Shown here: positions 52,701 to 64,000 of the stretch, one piece after another
Layout of the letters: the number at the start of each line of letters is the position of its first letter
How positions within the stretch are numbered: the first letter of the stretch is position 1
DNA from: Haplodiscus bocki
Taxonomy: Eukaryota
Length of the DNA: 64,000 bases
Direction: 5' to 3'
NCBI GenBank assembly: GCA_965655095.1
Contig: OZ296650.1
Coordinates: 35,464,001 to 35,528,000, forward strand
The notes under the pieces: model-generated
Databases searched by the model: none
Told to the model about the DNA's origin: nothing
What the model saw: only the letters and a program-made list of their open reading frames with translations
Made by a program: the position numbers and the translations under genes

Positions 52701-54499
52701 CGTCCCGCGACACTTGAGTGGCGTTTTCAAAAGGATGATAAAAGAGCCAAAAGGACGCTCTTGGTGATCTTTGGTTCCCCAAAACTAAGCATTGAGTCCT
52801 TTTAACACAATCCTTGTTGCAAAAGAATCGATGTTGAACTTGGGACTCCTCACTCACGTTTATCCACAACCTAAGAATGAAGAAACCCAGACTATACATC
52901 TTTTTTTTTCATATACGCCCCAGGTTGTATGCATTTACACCGCCTGCAAAACTAGACAAAACGTCCGTCAGTATCTTCCGAGTCGTTGAGGGAGGTACAG
53001 ATTTTCAACTGTTTTTGGAGACGGTTTTCGCTGGAATATTTTACTCTTCCACTTCCGAAGGAAATGGCATGATGAAGGCACTCTGCAAATAGGTGATGTG
53101 GTTTAAATCCTCTGCGATTTGATGTCAAGAGGAATTTGGCCAGGGTTAATGACAGCATCCCACTCAAGTAAAGATGGTGTAACGAGTGTGCTTGGTGAAG
53201 ACAACCAAGGGAATTTTCGAACTCCCCGCTGTCTCCCTTTCACGTGTTTACCTCATAACGGTTCGTCTCTGACCCACTGTTAACTTAGGAACATTCTCGC
53301 TTGCTCTCCTTCTCGCAGCTCAGAGAATCGAGCATGTCGCGTTTGTGACTCACTAAAACTTCAGTTAGCTAAACTTCGAATTCAATGTTAACTGATATTC
53401 TATGAGAGTGGCTAAGTAAATTAAGAAATTTGTAGGTGGATTCATGGTGAATTGCCTCTAATGAGAGTGGGAACTCTTTTTTATACTACACCAGGAAAGG
53501 CAGACTTTACAGTCATTGTTGACTTCGTTAGTTCCTGGGTTTTCTATGTTAGGTTTGCAAATCGACGCCTACAAAAGCGGTACACTGAAAAATTCCAGCG
53601 AGAAAATCTGGACAGAGCGCCAAGAATTCCAGCTTTCTACTCGAATAAGTATTGGTCCGATCACATTTATAACCCCTCCTGAAAAAACTAGTCAAATTGA
53701 TGGAATTAATTGTATCTACCAGATGGCTGTTGCTCACTATTTTTTGACGGTAACCTTGTTCGATGCTCAATATACACACTTCTATGTTCAGGGAATACAG
53801 CCTTTATGAGTTTACCTAAAAAGTAGTGCTAAGAAGCTCTCAGCTGCAACGCACTTCTAGGAAGAATGATCAGTCAAAAATTCGACTGGCTTTCAGTGAA
53901 ATTGGTTCTAGTACCGGCCAGAATTCACAAAACAGATCAGGTACGCCCCTAACATAAATCAAACAAAATGGTACAAAAACATATCTACGTGAAAGAAGTT
54001 TTTGTTACCCAGAAAAGCGCATCTTAAGCGCAGATTGCTATTCCTACAAATCAGATGCTTGCTACCAAAATCACATACTCTGAAAGTTTTCCTGGTCAAA
54101 AAATGCAAGAAGGATACAAAAAAGCTGGCGCTCAATACACCACAAGAGACATCAGAAAATGGGGAACATTCACGACGGAGAAAGAGAAAGTTTTATTTGG
54201 TCTTTTTTAGCTTCAAGCAATTCTTCAAAACTTTTCTAATCCAACCTTCTACCTCATCAACTGGATAATCACACTCAATGCGCAAATATTTTCCGCGTTG
54301 TATAAACTTTTTGTCAAAATTCTGAATAACTTCGCGATTTCGAAGAGTTCTATTTCAGTCTCTATTTCAGCCGGGATTTTCTTGACACTGTTTTTTTAAA
54401 GTGAGTTGTCTTTCTTTCGAAAAAGCTTAACCAGTGATCTTCCTTGTACTGATACAACCGTGTGCAGAGGCGAACTGTGATCCGCACGAACTTGCGAGA

Positions 54500-56050
54500 T
54501 GAGAATCGACACCGACTAAATTCAAACCAACAACAACTGGTCGCCGTAGTCCTGAAGAAAGATAACAGGAAAATTCAAACGCTACCCCATTTAGCAGGAT
54601 TCAAATTGAGCATTCGATGGCTGCAAAGCACCTTAGTCGCCTAGGAACTTTGAATTTCAAAACAGGAAAACAAAAAAACAGTACAGACAAACAAGGGTTT
54701 TTTTGTGAAATACCTTTTGGTTGGCAACCACTGAAGAATCCAACTTTTAAAAAAACGCAAGTGAAACAAATAATCGACATTCAAACTACAAGTCAAAATA
54801 ATTCACGAAAAATGTAAGGCCTAGTACATTTCTCCTACTTCAGAGATTCCCCATAAGGTGGGTATTTTCATGAGCACAGAATGGTAACAATGTGACTAGT
54901 AGTCTTTGAGAAAAACTTCTTTCAAATAAGGCAATAAGATTTGATTTACAAACAAAATTTTTGTCAAAAAATTTCAAGTGTAAAGTATGAAATACACCGA
55001 ACACGATATGCTTTCTTGTTGTAGATTGTCCATATTACTGGCTTTCGAATAAGCGATAAAAAGCCGACATTTGAGCAAAAGTCTTCGAGAAAATGACTTC
55101 GAAAAAACAAACGAACAGTTTTTGAAATTCAAATTCCAAGAAATCTCCCGTGGAGATGTGAAACAGCACTACGAGCTTTTCCAAAGGTGCACTCTTGATT
55201 GATCCGGTTCATTAATGAGCTCTAGAAATCCGCAATCCACCCAGTTGTCAGAGTCAAAAATGCAATCCGCGGCAGGAGCTGTCCAGAAAGCAAGAAAATT
55301 GTGCCACTGGCTTCTTGATGATACTTCGGTGCTTCAGGGATTTGTAATCAATCTTGAACTTTCGAAAAGTATTCTTAATTGATAGATTTCAATTTCTTTC
55401 GGAAAATATCAATGCAAATAAGACACAGTGTGTGATACTGTGGTGTGTCTATATTACAAAACCGAATCAACTTCGTTTGCAATTCTTGCTCCTAGGATAA
55501 AGGAGTAAAGATTCACAAAACTTTCAAACTCGTAAAAAATCCCGATCAGGAAGTTCTGCGTTAGAACTAGATTGAACATTTTCTGACCTAAAAAATAGGT
55601 AAAGTGTTGGAGCCTTCTCATTGAACTAATAGAGAATTGTGGTAGTTTTCGTGCGTACCTGAACCAAGATGAAGAAATGTGACAGAAAAAATCAAACTAA
55701 TAAAAAAGCTCGATTATCACGTTTAGTCGCCCAAAAGCGCTTCAAAAAAGAAAGACCTCAAGAGAAAACTATTTCATGGAAAATTGATGTGTTCTGGGTT
55801 TACCAATGAAAATCCTGGGCCATTTTCAGGTCATAGTTTCAGAAATAGTACTGAAAGTGACAAAAAAATAGCCTTCTACAGCTCGACCATCAAATTTCTC
55901 TGGCTGAAAAAGGTACCGGAGATTTCTGTAAACTGCGACTGCAGCCGAACCGTAGAGCATAACCACCCAAAGGGTTCCGAAATTTCTGTGCAAAACTTGG
56001 ATTCTTCCTGGACTTACTTCCAGTATGTAGGACTTTAAATCGACAAGATA
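54500..56050 (+). mobile_element. Decayed hAT-superfamily transposase
   Basis: Collinear remnants: TTSQNNSRKM (TTDNAxNM-like, ~54786); frameshifted RWNSTYELFQR-like (55154-55187); AILAPRIK (LDPRFK-like, 55479-55502); FW.....RF.KL..AA dimerization-domain-like (~55890-55970). TIRs not found. Confidence 0.55.
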
Positions 56051-56539
56051 AAATGCAAAATGATCGATTTCTAGACTTTTGGCAGAAAAAACCTCACGAG
56101 AAACATTGACAAAGAAAAAAGAAGCTACCATCTCACAAAAATGAGCCTTTGAATCAAGCTATGCGAGAAACAAGTTAGTAAGTTGAAGACCCAAATGTCA
56201 AGTTATGATTCTTCATTTTAACTATTTTCTGCGGAACATTAAAATAAACTCGTTTAAGCCCAATGAACATTTTGCCGTCAACAACGAAAAGTATTAGATT
56301 CTTATTTCGTGTCTTTTTCTTTCCTTCGCCCTGACAAACTAAAGGTTTTTCTCCACCTTGCTTCCAGTACAAAGGACAGAAATTTGACGGAAGATGTTAA
56401 AAAGAAGCCCCAGTCTGTTCGCAAAAAACTAAAGAAACTGTCATCGTCACCAAAATTGAGTATCCATTACATTTAACTTTTCTATGGTTGTTGACAATTG
56501 ATATGGACTCCAGAGATGGGTGCCAAAAAGAAGAATTGG

Positions 56540-57540
56540 AACTCAGAAAAGATCAAAATACCCAAAAAATGGATTTCCAAAATTTTTTCGCAGAAAAATA
56601 GATCGGAAGTAAGTCGGAGCAACACATGATGAGTATGTAATGAATCAGAGCTCCTTCGTTAAGCTTGCCTGAAAATCAGGCAATTTGAAGTCCCACGTTA
56701 GAAACAAATGACTCCCAAAATGACAAATGGTGTCCAAGTTGACAGACTTTACATGATTTTCAGCTTTCTTCCAGAGAAAAAATGTCGGACCGAGGAAAAA
56801 ATTTAAGGTGTGATACAATAGAATCTTCTAGTTCCTCGCTAGGCTGCTACAATTTTTTGGCAAATCGAAGCTCCACATGAGGAAACAAACGACTCAGCAA
56901 AATGATAAATATCGTATCCCAGTTGACAAAATTAGCTCCAAATTCAATTTCTTTCGCAGAAAAAACAGCGGAAGAAGTCGGACCACAATCAAAAATTAGT
57001 GTGTGATAGAACACAGTTTCTATCCTGGGCGTGCGCAAAAATTCAGTCAATTTGGAAATCTCGGCCGAAAAAAGACCTTAAAAATGACAACTTTGGTCAA
57101 ATTGGCGAAAATTAGCTCGGATTTCGAATTTCTTTCGCAGAGAAAACGTCGAATAAATGTTGAATTACAACCAAATTTCAGTGCGAGACAGAGCAGAGTC
57201 ACTTTGTTAAGCCAGTGCACAATTCAGGCAAAATGGAACCCTATATGCGGAAAAAAAGACTTATAGTATGACAGAAATCGTCCCCCAATTGACAAAATTA
57301 GCTCCAACTTCAAGTTTCTTTCGCTGAAAAAACAACGAAAAAAGGTCGGACCACAGCCAACAATTAATGTGTGGTAGAACAGAATCTTTTCGTTGAGACT
57401 GTGCAAAATTCAGGCAATTTGGAAACATCTGCAAAAAGAAAGAGTTGAAATAAACGACTTGGTCGATTTGGCCAAAAATAGCTCGGTATTCGAGTTTCTA
57501 TCCCAAAAGGGTTATTGAAAATTCATCGAACCTCAACAAA
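56540..57540 (+). repeat. Degenerate ~183-bp tandem repeat (~5.5 monomers) with ~366-bp dimer structure
   Basis: A.TAGCTC at 56931, 57111, 57297 and 57477, alternating GCTCCAA / GCTCGG variants. Older copies at ~56570 and ~56745. Confidence 0.8.
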
Positions 57541-57958
57541 AAATATCGGACGTTGACAAAAATTTTTCGGCAAGGTTGTCGAAACTGAATTTTACGTGTC
57601 CAGAAAAACTTTTCCTTTCGGAATTTGGGCGAAAAATGTTCAGGACTTCGGGCGAAACAAATCAATGTTATTCCACTATCATCAATTAATGCTGCTTTCA
57701 AATGAGTCACTTTTAAGGTAATTTAGTTTTGTTTTCTTTACGCGATCATATAATAGCGTCAAACGAATTCAGTTCCAGGAATCAACTAAATTCGCCTTAA
57801 TGAAACCCTTCATCCTAATCCTTTTACTAAATGACAAAAATTGGGTTAAATCCTTAAAATCTATATTGCAGAACTAGAGAGCCATAGCCTACCGCAGAAA
57901 AAGCTACGAAGAAAAACAGGCACGAGCCTTTTTAAATTATATGGAAAAATGACTAACA

Positions 57959-58320
57959 AGACGGCCGGCTACCACCGGCATATTTTGCGCCTTCCCATTT
58001 TTGTAAACAAGGTTTATAAGAAGATGAAAACTTTTTTCTCGAAAAAACACGTATTTTCTAACTTTTGCAACTTTCAAAAATTTTTGATTTTTTGCCAAAA
58101 TAACCTTTAAACTAGGGCGGAAAAGACATTTCTACGAAATAATACCATTTGATACGCATTCTACGGCAAATTTGCCAACTTTATCGATTTTGCGGAAAAG
58201 TCGTTTTTTTTTCAAAAAACCCATCTGTTTTCCCAAAAAAAACCCAAATATTGAACGTTTTGAGAAGTCTTACTATTCCAGTCGCATTCTACGGCAAATT
58301 TGCTACAAGTTGGTGAAAAA
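57959..58320 (+). repeat. Short interspersed repeat, copy 2
   Basis: Homologous to 50360-50715 in opposite orientation. Internal direct repeat CGCATTCTACGGCAAATTTGC at ~58156 and ~58283. Confidence 0.85.
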
Positions 58321-58636
58321 GTAATTTTTTGTCAAAAAGTTCAATTGATTAACGAGTATCTCTTGACATCAAATTTAGCATTTACAAAAATATATTCGTC
58401 TACAGGAATGTCAACTTTCGGCGGATTTTCAACAAACTGTAATTTCAAAATGAATCATCAAGTAAAATGAAAATACAAGAAGCGCTAACAAAAAATTGGA
58501 TTGTCTTGGGCTGCTGCCAGTGCTTATATGAGAAGTGACAAACAGTCAACACTATCTAAAACAGTCAATCCTCATCCACCTGAAGCAACTTATTGGGTTT
58601 TATTCCATTATCGGAATTACTTTTGATTCCTTTGTA

Positions 58637-59806
58637 TAGTGGTGAGCGAAAAAAATGTCGCATTGAAAATTCTCTTTTTTCTCCAAATCAAAAGCAAACA
58701 AAGAACAGATTTTTCAACGGAGCAACACAACGATATATCGTCTCTCGATTTGCTTTAGATTAATTCTCCTTGTAATCTCTTACAGGACTTTAGACGCTTT
58801 CCAACAGAATTCATCAAATTTTCTCTGATTTCCCTCGTGATGACACTTTTGGAAGTCTGTATTGCTTCAATCAGTTCTTGCTTGGTTTTTGGATTTTTTT
58901 GCTCAACTGCATTTTTCAATATTTCCCAGACGTTTTCTATGGGATTTACGTCTGGGGAATTGGGAGGCCACTGCAGAAATTGAAGATTTTTTTCTTCAAA
59001 AAATTCCATCGTTTTTCTGGCGGTGTGAGGTGTCGCACCGTCTTGCTCAAGGATCCAGCCTTCAGGATACAGACGGTTTGCGTAAGGAATAAACTCATCC
59101 ACAATTTGGCAATACTTTTCTGCATTGACAGTCCCGCCTTCAATGATTTTCAGGTAAAAATCTCTTAAGCTGAGTGAACCCCATACCATAACTTTTTGGC
59201 AAAACTTTGGACGAGGTTTTTTGGGTTTTTCGTCTTTTAAGCACCAAACTTTTGTGGTATTAAGTTCTGGCACAATTTTTGGCAATTTTTGCACATATCC
59301 TGATGAGAAGAAGTATTTTGCTACCGTAGTCCGATGCGCTGTCTTTCCAGTTTCCTGAGCCACAATCTGCGAGAGTTTTGAGGATGATGAAAGCGGATTA
59401 CTGCGAGCAAATTCACAGATTTTTTGCCTTTCGGAGTCTGAAAACATCCTCGGTCGTCCAGATCCAACCTTCCGTCCCAGTCTTTCTCCGTTTTCGAGCT
59501 TTTTCATGTTTCGCTGAAATGTTCTTGGGGCCATACTTGATAAGTTTCGTAAGGTGTTCCGATCATGAGTTAACTCATTGAAGCATAATTCAAGAATATC
59601 TCGCTGCTTCTGCATGTTTTCACGAAATCGTGAACAAACTTTACGTGTTCTGCTTCTCAGCAGCTACACACGAGAGAATAAATGTTACATGTTTTGAAAG
59701 AGAAGTTCCATGTCTATATATTGTGTAAATATCAAGAACATTCGTCGGTTCAAAGATTCACAATAACCCTTTTTGTAAAAGCGACATTTTTTTTCGCTGA
59801 CCACTA
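58637..59806 (-). mobile_element. Tc1-like (Tc1/mariner, D34E) DNA transposon, 1170 bp
   Basis: TIRs TAGTGGTGAGCGAAAAAAATGTCGC (58637-58661) and GCGACATTTTTTTTCGCTGACCACTA (59781-59806). TA on both flanks (58635-36, 59807-08). Single internal transposase ORF. Confidence 0.95.
58755..59615 (-). CDS. Tc1-family transposase, 286 aa, in-frame deletion of the first catalytic-Asp region
   Basis: GSGRPR linker, HTH region, VMVWG, QDGATPH...WPPNSPDVNPIENVW (34 residues between D and E). No W..V.FSDE block between PKIVPEL and NTTKVW. Confidence 0.92.
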   Translation of the reverse strand: MQKQRDILELCFNELTHDRNTLRNLSSMAPRTFQRNMKKLENGERLGRKVGSGRPRMFSDSERQKICEFARSNPLSSSSKLSQIVAQETGKTAHRTTVAKYFFSSGYVQKLPKIVPELNTTKVWCLKDEKPKKPRPKFCQKVMVWGSLSLRDFYLKIIEGGTVNAEKYCQIVDEFIPYANRLYPEGWILEQDGATPHTARKTMEFFEEKNLQFLQWPPNSPDVNPIENVWEILKNAVEQKNPKTKQELIEAIQTSKSVITREIRENLMNSVGKRLKSCKRLQGELI

Positions 59807-60917
59807 TACTTAATCATAGTAGATATACAAATTTTAAACACAATTTAAACAAAGTTCGCGATAAAAAATGAAGAGCCAATCCCGTCAAATTGTAAGAAAT
59901 TCACGGCAACGAGTAGTGTAATGAGCACAGGATGGACACAATCCGACAAACATTCTTCAAGAAATGAACTACACAAAACAAGACATGTCCAGTAATTCAA
60001 ACACAAGTTAGGATAGCAGCTCAATAGAAGTTCCGGGCAGCGAGTACATAAATCACCACTGAAATTACACAATACGAGGTTTACTCATTGAGACAAAATT
60101 GTTTTTCAATGAACAAATCAAGGAAAAACACCGCTGAACTTCCATAACAGGTTATGAAATTCCGTAACAAAATTGGGAAACAGTTATTCATGGCAAAACC
60201 GCAGGACTTCTGAGCAGCAACAATTCTATCAAGCACTGGTTAGACGCGATCCCACGAGTAACTTTCAAAACACTTGTGAGTGCAGGGAACTGCAAACCTT
60301 CGTCTTTAGAATTTTAAATACGTACCGCTGTAGTTCCTTTCATTCAAACGAGAAGACAAGCTGGATATTAGGCCACGTGAAGAATATTTTGACAGACGAC
60401 TCAGCACGAAAAACCTTCTCAATCAAGTACGTATCCCCCACTACTGTTTTAGAGCTGAAGTGAGACTGCAAAAAAGACATGCGAAACGGAATCAACATTT
60501 TGCTAGGGTCAAAAAACGCAGCTTCAGCAAAATCTTCAGTAACTTCAGTTTGACTTACAAAAGATGGTTCGATTTTACCCAGCCATAAAAACTTGGTTGT
60601 TCAAGAAATCTCGTAAAAACATAGGCAGCAATGGACTTGGGCATAAAGCCATTAAGCGCCAAGAATTAGGTAGGAAGTGAAAAAAATAAATTGTCACACC
60701 CATTCGCGAGAAAAATTAATTGCGCGATTTCAGCAAAAACCTTCTGCTAGAACACGGCACCACTTCAGATAGGCCTCAAAATACACATTTACAGTGCAAT
60801 GAGAATCTTCTCGAGTCTGGCCAGTCAAAAACTTGATTAGCCACATTTTCATTCTGGCGAGGGCAAAAGATTTTGGAATAACAACAGCCCGAAAATTTCA
60901 ACAATTAATATTTTAAA

Positions 60918-61554
60918 ATGTGAGAACGGGACCAGGACAAAACTGCCGTTTTTTAAGAGACAAAACTGCCAATTTTGTAAATGAGACAAAAACGCCAATT
61001 TTGTAAATGAGAGAAAACCGTCGGTTTTGTAAATGAGAACATACTGCCATCAAATTTTTTTCCGATAGAAGCGTCTTGGCCAAATTATCGATAATTAGCA
61101 ATTATATTACCAATTACTCAAAGGAACTGCAATACTACTACTTAAATTCGATTTATTTCAATGTGTGACAAATAAATTTTCGAAAATGCCATCAGCAAAA
61201 ACTCCCATGAAACTCTCTTTTCCGTATACCTAAGTTTGTAGTGCCCCGCCTCCCTATTTTTCGTGTACCGAACTGCTCTGAATAACTAAAATTTCTTTTT
61301 CGGAAAAACTACAAGACCATTACCGAAATATTCAGAAAGGGTCTTTCCGGACATTTTCGGTTCATGGAAGGGCGCATCAAGAGGGCATCATTAATCTATC
61401 GTTAATTTAATTACTGGCGTTATTAGGCCACGACGCGTTCATCTTCAAAAAAAAGACTGAAAAATGGGCGATCTGTATTATCATCAATCGGTGGTTCTGT
61501 CTCATTTTCAAAATCTCACGTTTTCAAAATGGGCGGTTTTGTCTCACCTCACAT
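60918..61554. mobile_element. MITE/foldback-like element with inverted 26-bp subterminal repeats
   Basis: Ends ATGTGAG / CTCACAT. 26-bp unit GAGACAAAACTGCCAATTTTGTAAAT at 60957, 60983, 61009 and 61035; inverted related copies at ~61460-61547. No target-site duplication recognised. Confidence 0.6.
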
Positions 61555-62374
61555 CCAGATCAACTTTTGCTGTTCTATTCTTGTTAAACATGCTAATTTT
61601 ACAGAGGAACCGCTGATTAAACCGCAGTATCTCAAACCTCCATTCTCGTATTTCGGATTTTAGCAGAATGTGTAAACTAATTGATAAATAAATTCAATCA
61701 AATAATGTAACAAAACTATTATACTTGCATAACTTTACATCTGATTGGAATAGATTTAAGCAACATCATTCCACCGACTGGTCAATTCACTACAAAGAAC
61801 ATTTCAGCATTCCAAATATTTGTGTTTGTTTGGCCCGATAAGTTGCAAAAGGAAACACAAGTTTCAGTAATTTAGGCTAAAAATTTAATAATAATCATCT
61901 TATCGTCCTATATTTATGGAAATTATTGCACTGGATGTAGACAAAAATTTATTCCACATATAAAACACCGGGCAAGGGAAAATATCGCAAAAAAAACGAA
62001 CATACAAGCAACCCTGTCATTTTTATCATTAGCTTTCATCACTAATGCGACGTTTATATCATTCATTCGATACACTATTTCCATCAAAAACAAGTTCTCC
62101 TTTCACGGTGCGACAAAATTTCGTGAAATTTTCTTCGGTGAACCGCTGGGTTACTTGAATGGAAGGAATATAAACATCAGAGTTCGCTGAGACATCACTC
62201 CAAGAAAACGACGAAGGAGTTACCTAGACGACAGAAAGGCCAAGAAAGCTCGCGATATTTTGCTTTTTAATCTTTCCATTTTCAAAAACACTCATTCGAA
62301 TGCAATTTTGAATTTTCAGCAATATATGCAAGAATTTGAGATCGAAAAACAAAAAGTCACGAGAGCTTTTCTTT

Positions 62375-63066
62375 TTATATTTGCAACTTTAGCAAACCTT
62401 GATATTGGGAATCACAGCACAAGTAGCATGACCACCCTGGTGCGGTTTTGCCCCCTCCGCTAAGTCGGGAGCTATCGAGGGCGGCTTTAGTTAGAGACAA
62501 CGTATAAAGATTATCAAATAACTCAGTGGAAACTAAACCTGAAATACACTGCTCACAATAAGAGTAGAGACAATTGGGTTGCGTGCATCGTAATAACTTC
62601 TTGGGTGACGAGCAACATATGCAACAGATTGATCTTAGATAATCTAAATCTAACTGCATGACATCCTCTTCTAGTTCATTATTAATAACACTGACGGCTG
62701 GCGCTGATTCTAGTATGGAGATTAAATTTTTAGTAACTTTGGGTAAACAATCTTCACAGACCCCGCCCACGAATATAGGATGAGGAACAGCGACGTTTTT
62801 TGATGTGCAACACAGGCATAACTTCTTCAAGTGATAAGACGAAGTGCATCCATCAAATCGTTTGCTCCTGCTGCGAGTTGTTAATGGTGAAGGAGAAAAT
62901 GGTATCGCATTTTGAGTAGGTGCCCGAGTTTTAGATGCAGGCGTTCCACCCGCAGAATGCTTCTTGGATGCGCAATAATCGAGGGGCCCTGAAGATATAT
63001 CGACTCGTGACCTCGATTTGGGTTTGATATTAACCGGAGAAACTAAATTTGAGTGCTCTCGGTTGT
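62375..63066 (-). CDS. Terminal coding exon: second, complete ADD (ATRX-DNMT3-DNMT3L) zinc-finger domain
   Basis: CLCC....VPHPIFVGGVCEDC ... CCICC....LLRCTQPNCLYSYCEQCI ... WSCYLC.....GLLKLQI-TAA matches the GATA-like + PHD pattern of the DNMT3 ADD domain (HPLFVGGMC, WNCYMC, GLL). Confidence 0.9.
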
Positions 63067-63372
63067 CTGAAAACGAAACAAAATCAAAACAGAACTAATT
63101 AATAGCCCATTTCGCTGTTCTTGAAGTTACTATAACTTGTAAAGCAAGTCACTGGAGTTCCAACATGGTTCCAAAGTTTGGAATTTCCTGACTTATCGTA
63201 TCGGAAGTTTCACAAGCTTCGAACTCATTTTGATTTGGTTCAACTTAAATTAATTTGAGTCGCTTTTGCGCCATCAATTTCGATAGCTTGGTTTTCAAAG
63301 GAATAAAACATTTTTTCAGAGATACAAAAACATCTTTTCCCTCTATTTGGTACAATTTTCAAAAGTTCTAAC
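63067..63372 (-). other. Spliceosomal GT-AG intron, 306 nt, phase 1
   Basis: Donor GTTAGA; acceptor TTTTGATTTTGTTTCGTTTTCAG. Splicing creates GAC and a stop-free frame running 78 codons into ORF 62375..62830. Confidence 0.85.
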
Positions 63373-64000
63373 CATTTAAAGCAAAAGGAGTGCTTGCAGC
63401 TGCAGCAGCCGTAGTGATACTTTTGCACAGGGGTAGATTTTGGTCGCATGCAGCAGGTAGACAGTTATTATTGGCGATATCACTCCCTGCAGGCGAATGT
63501 TGTTCGGGTGGCAACATGTTCTCCTTTTGCAACGCCACATTTTGCCTTCCAAAGCCCAAATCAGCCAGAGTGACATCATCGTCATCATCGCAAAACACGC
63601 TGAACATCCGGCCTCTTCTTTCCCTGACGTCATCAGGACTGTTGTCTAAGGTCCTGCTACTATCACGCGACTCCACTTCTGCTACGTGTTCAAGCACCTT
63701 GGGAGTAGCAGTGGTAGTACAAGCACTATCTCTCGCAGCAATTCTCACATGTATTGGCTCCTCCCGATTATTGGCTTTGCTATTAAGGTGACTACACGAT
63801 TCATGATGTTGAGCCACGTTGTTGGGACAAGGATCACCTTGAGTCGACGACTTCGAAGAGTTAGAATCACTGTTAGAGACAGCTGTTAGAAACTTATAAT
63901 TTATTTTAGCACCATTAGTCATAAATTTATCGTAACTATATTTCCATTGGGATCTAACTTGCAGTAATCCTAGATTCTCTTGTGTGCACAAAATGCAATT
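63373..64000 (-). CDS. Exon (5'-open) of DNMT3-type ADD-domain gene: end of first ADD domain plus low-complexity linker
   Basis: Open frame from the window edge, NCILCTQENLGLLQVRSQWKYSYDKFM, resembles the DNMT3 ADD end (WNCYMC....GLL.RR..W...LQ.F). Donor G|GTTAGA at 63373/63372. Confidence 0.8.

Noticed and set aside
51689-53167. Cluster of 65-134 aa ORFs as genes
   Set aside because: Overlapping on both strands in a GC-richer decayed retroelement-like segment, with no coherent product.
58755-59615. Bacterial IS630 transposase / prokaryotic origin of the window
   Set aside because: GRPR and WPPNSPD.NPIE with D34E spacing are Tc1-type. The spliced ADD gene and low coding density indicate a eukaryote.
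59845-60072. Cys-rich 75-aa ORF as a further zinc-finger exon of the ADD gene
   Set aside because: Cys spacing fits no known finger and it lies beyond the in-frame stop at 62375; no support without transcripts.
63376-63889. ORFs 63390..63791(+), 63686..63889(+) and 63376..63633(-)
   Set aside because: Antisense or alternate-frame shadows of the real minus-strand exon.

Overview
AT-rich eukaryotic (animal-like) genomic DNA, not prokaryotic: a GT-AG intron joins two in-frame exons near the right end. (1) 1-33944 is a head-to-tail macrosatellite with a ~1555-bp period (22 unit intervals plus a partial first copy, open at the left edge; one unit carries a ~725-bp deletion). About 1.2 kb of each unit is a decayed internal piece of a Polinton/Maverick protein-primed DNA polymerase B (pPolB) gene. 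The last, most diverged copy runs straight on into the single-copy rest of that pseudogene (motif A/B/C remnants, to ~35965), so the satellite still sits on its source gene. (2) ~36835-44335 is an old, almost spacer-less ~7.5-kb inverted duplication centred at ~40500. (3) 44.4-58.3 kb is a transposon graveyard: possible Polinton capsid and ATPase remnants, Gypsy gag/protease and hAT transposase remnants, a 183-bp degenerate satellite, and two inverted copies of a short interspersed repeat. (4) 58637-59806 is a young Tc1-like element with intact TIRs and TA target sites, whose open transposase lacks the segment holding the first catalytic Asp. (5) 62375-64000 (minus) is the 3' part of a spliced host gene with two DNMT3-type ADD zinc-finger domains that stops right after the second ADD, with no methyltransferase domain visible. 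Pseudogene assignments come from motif recognition by eye and need database confirmation.
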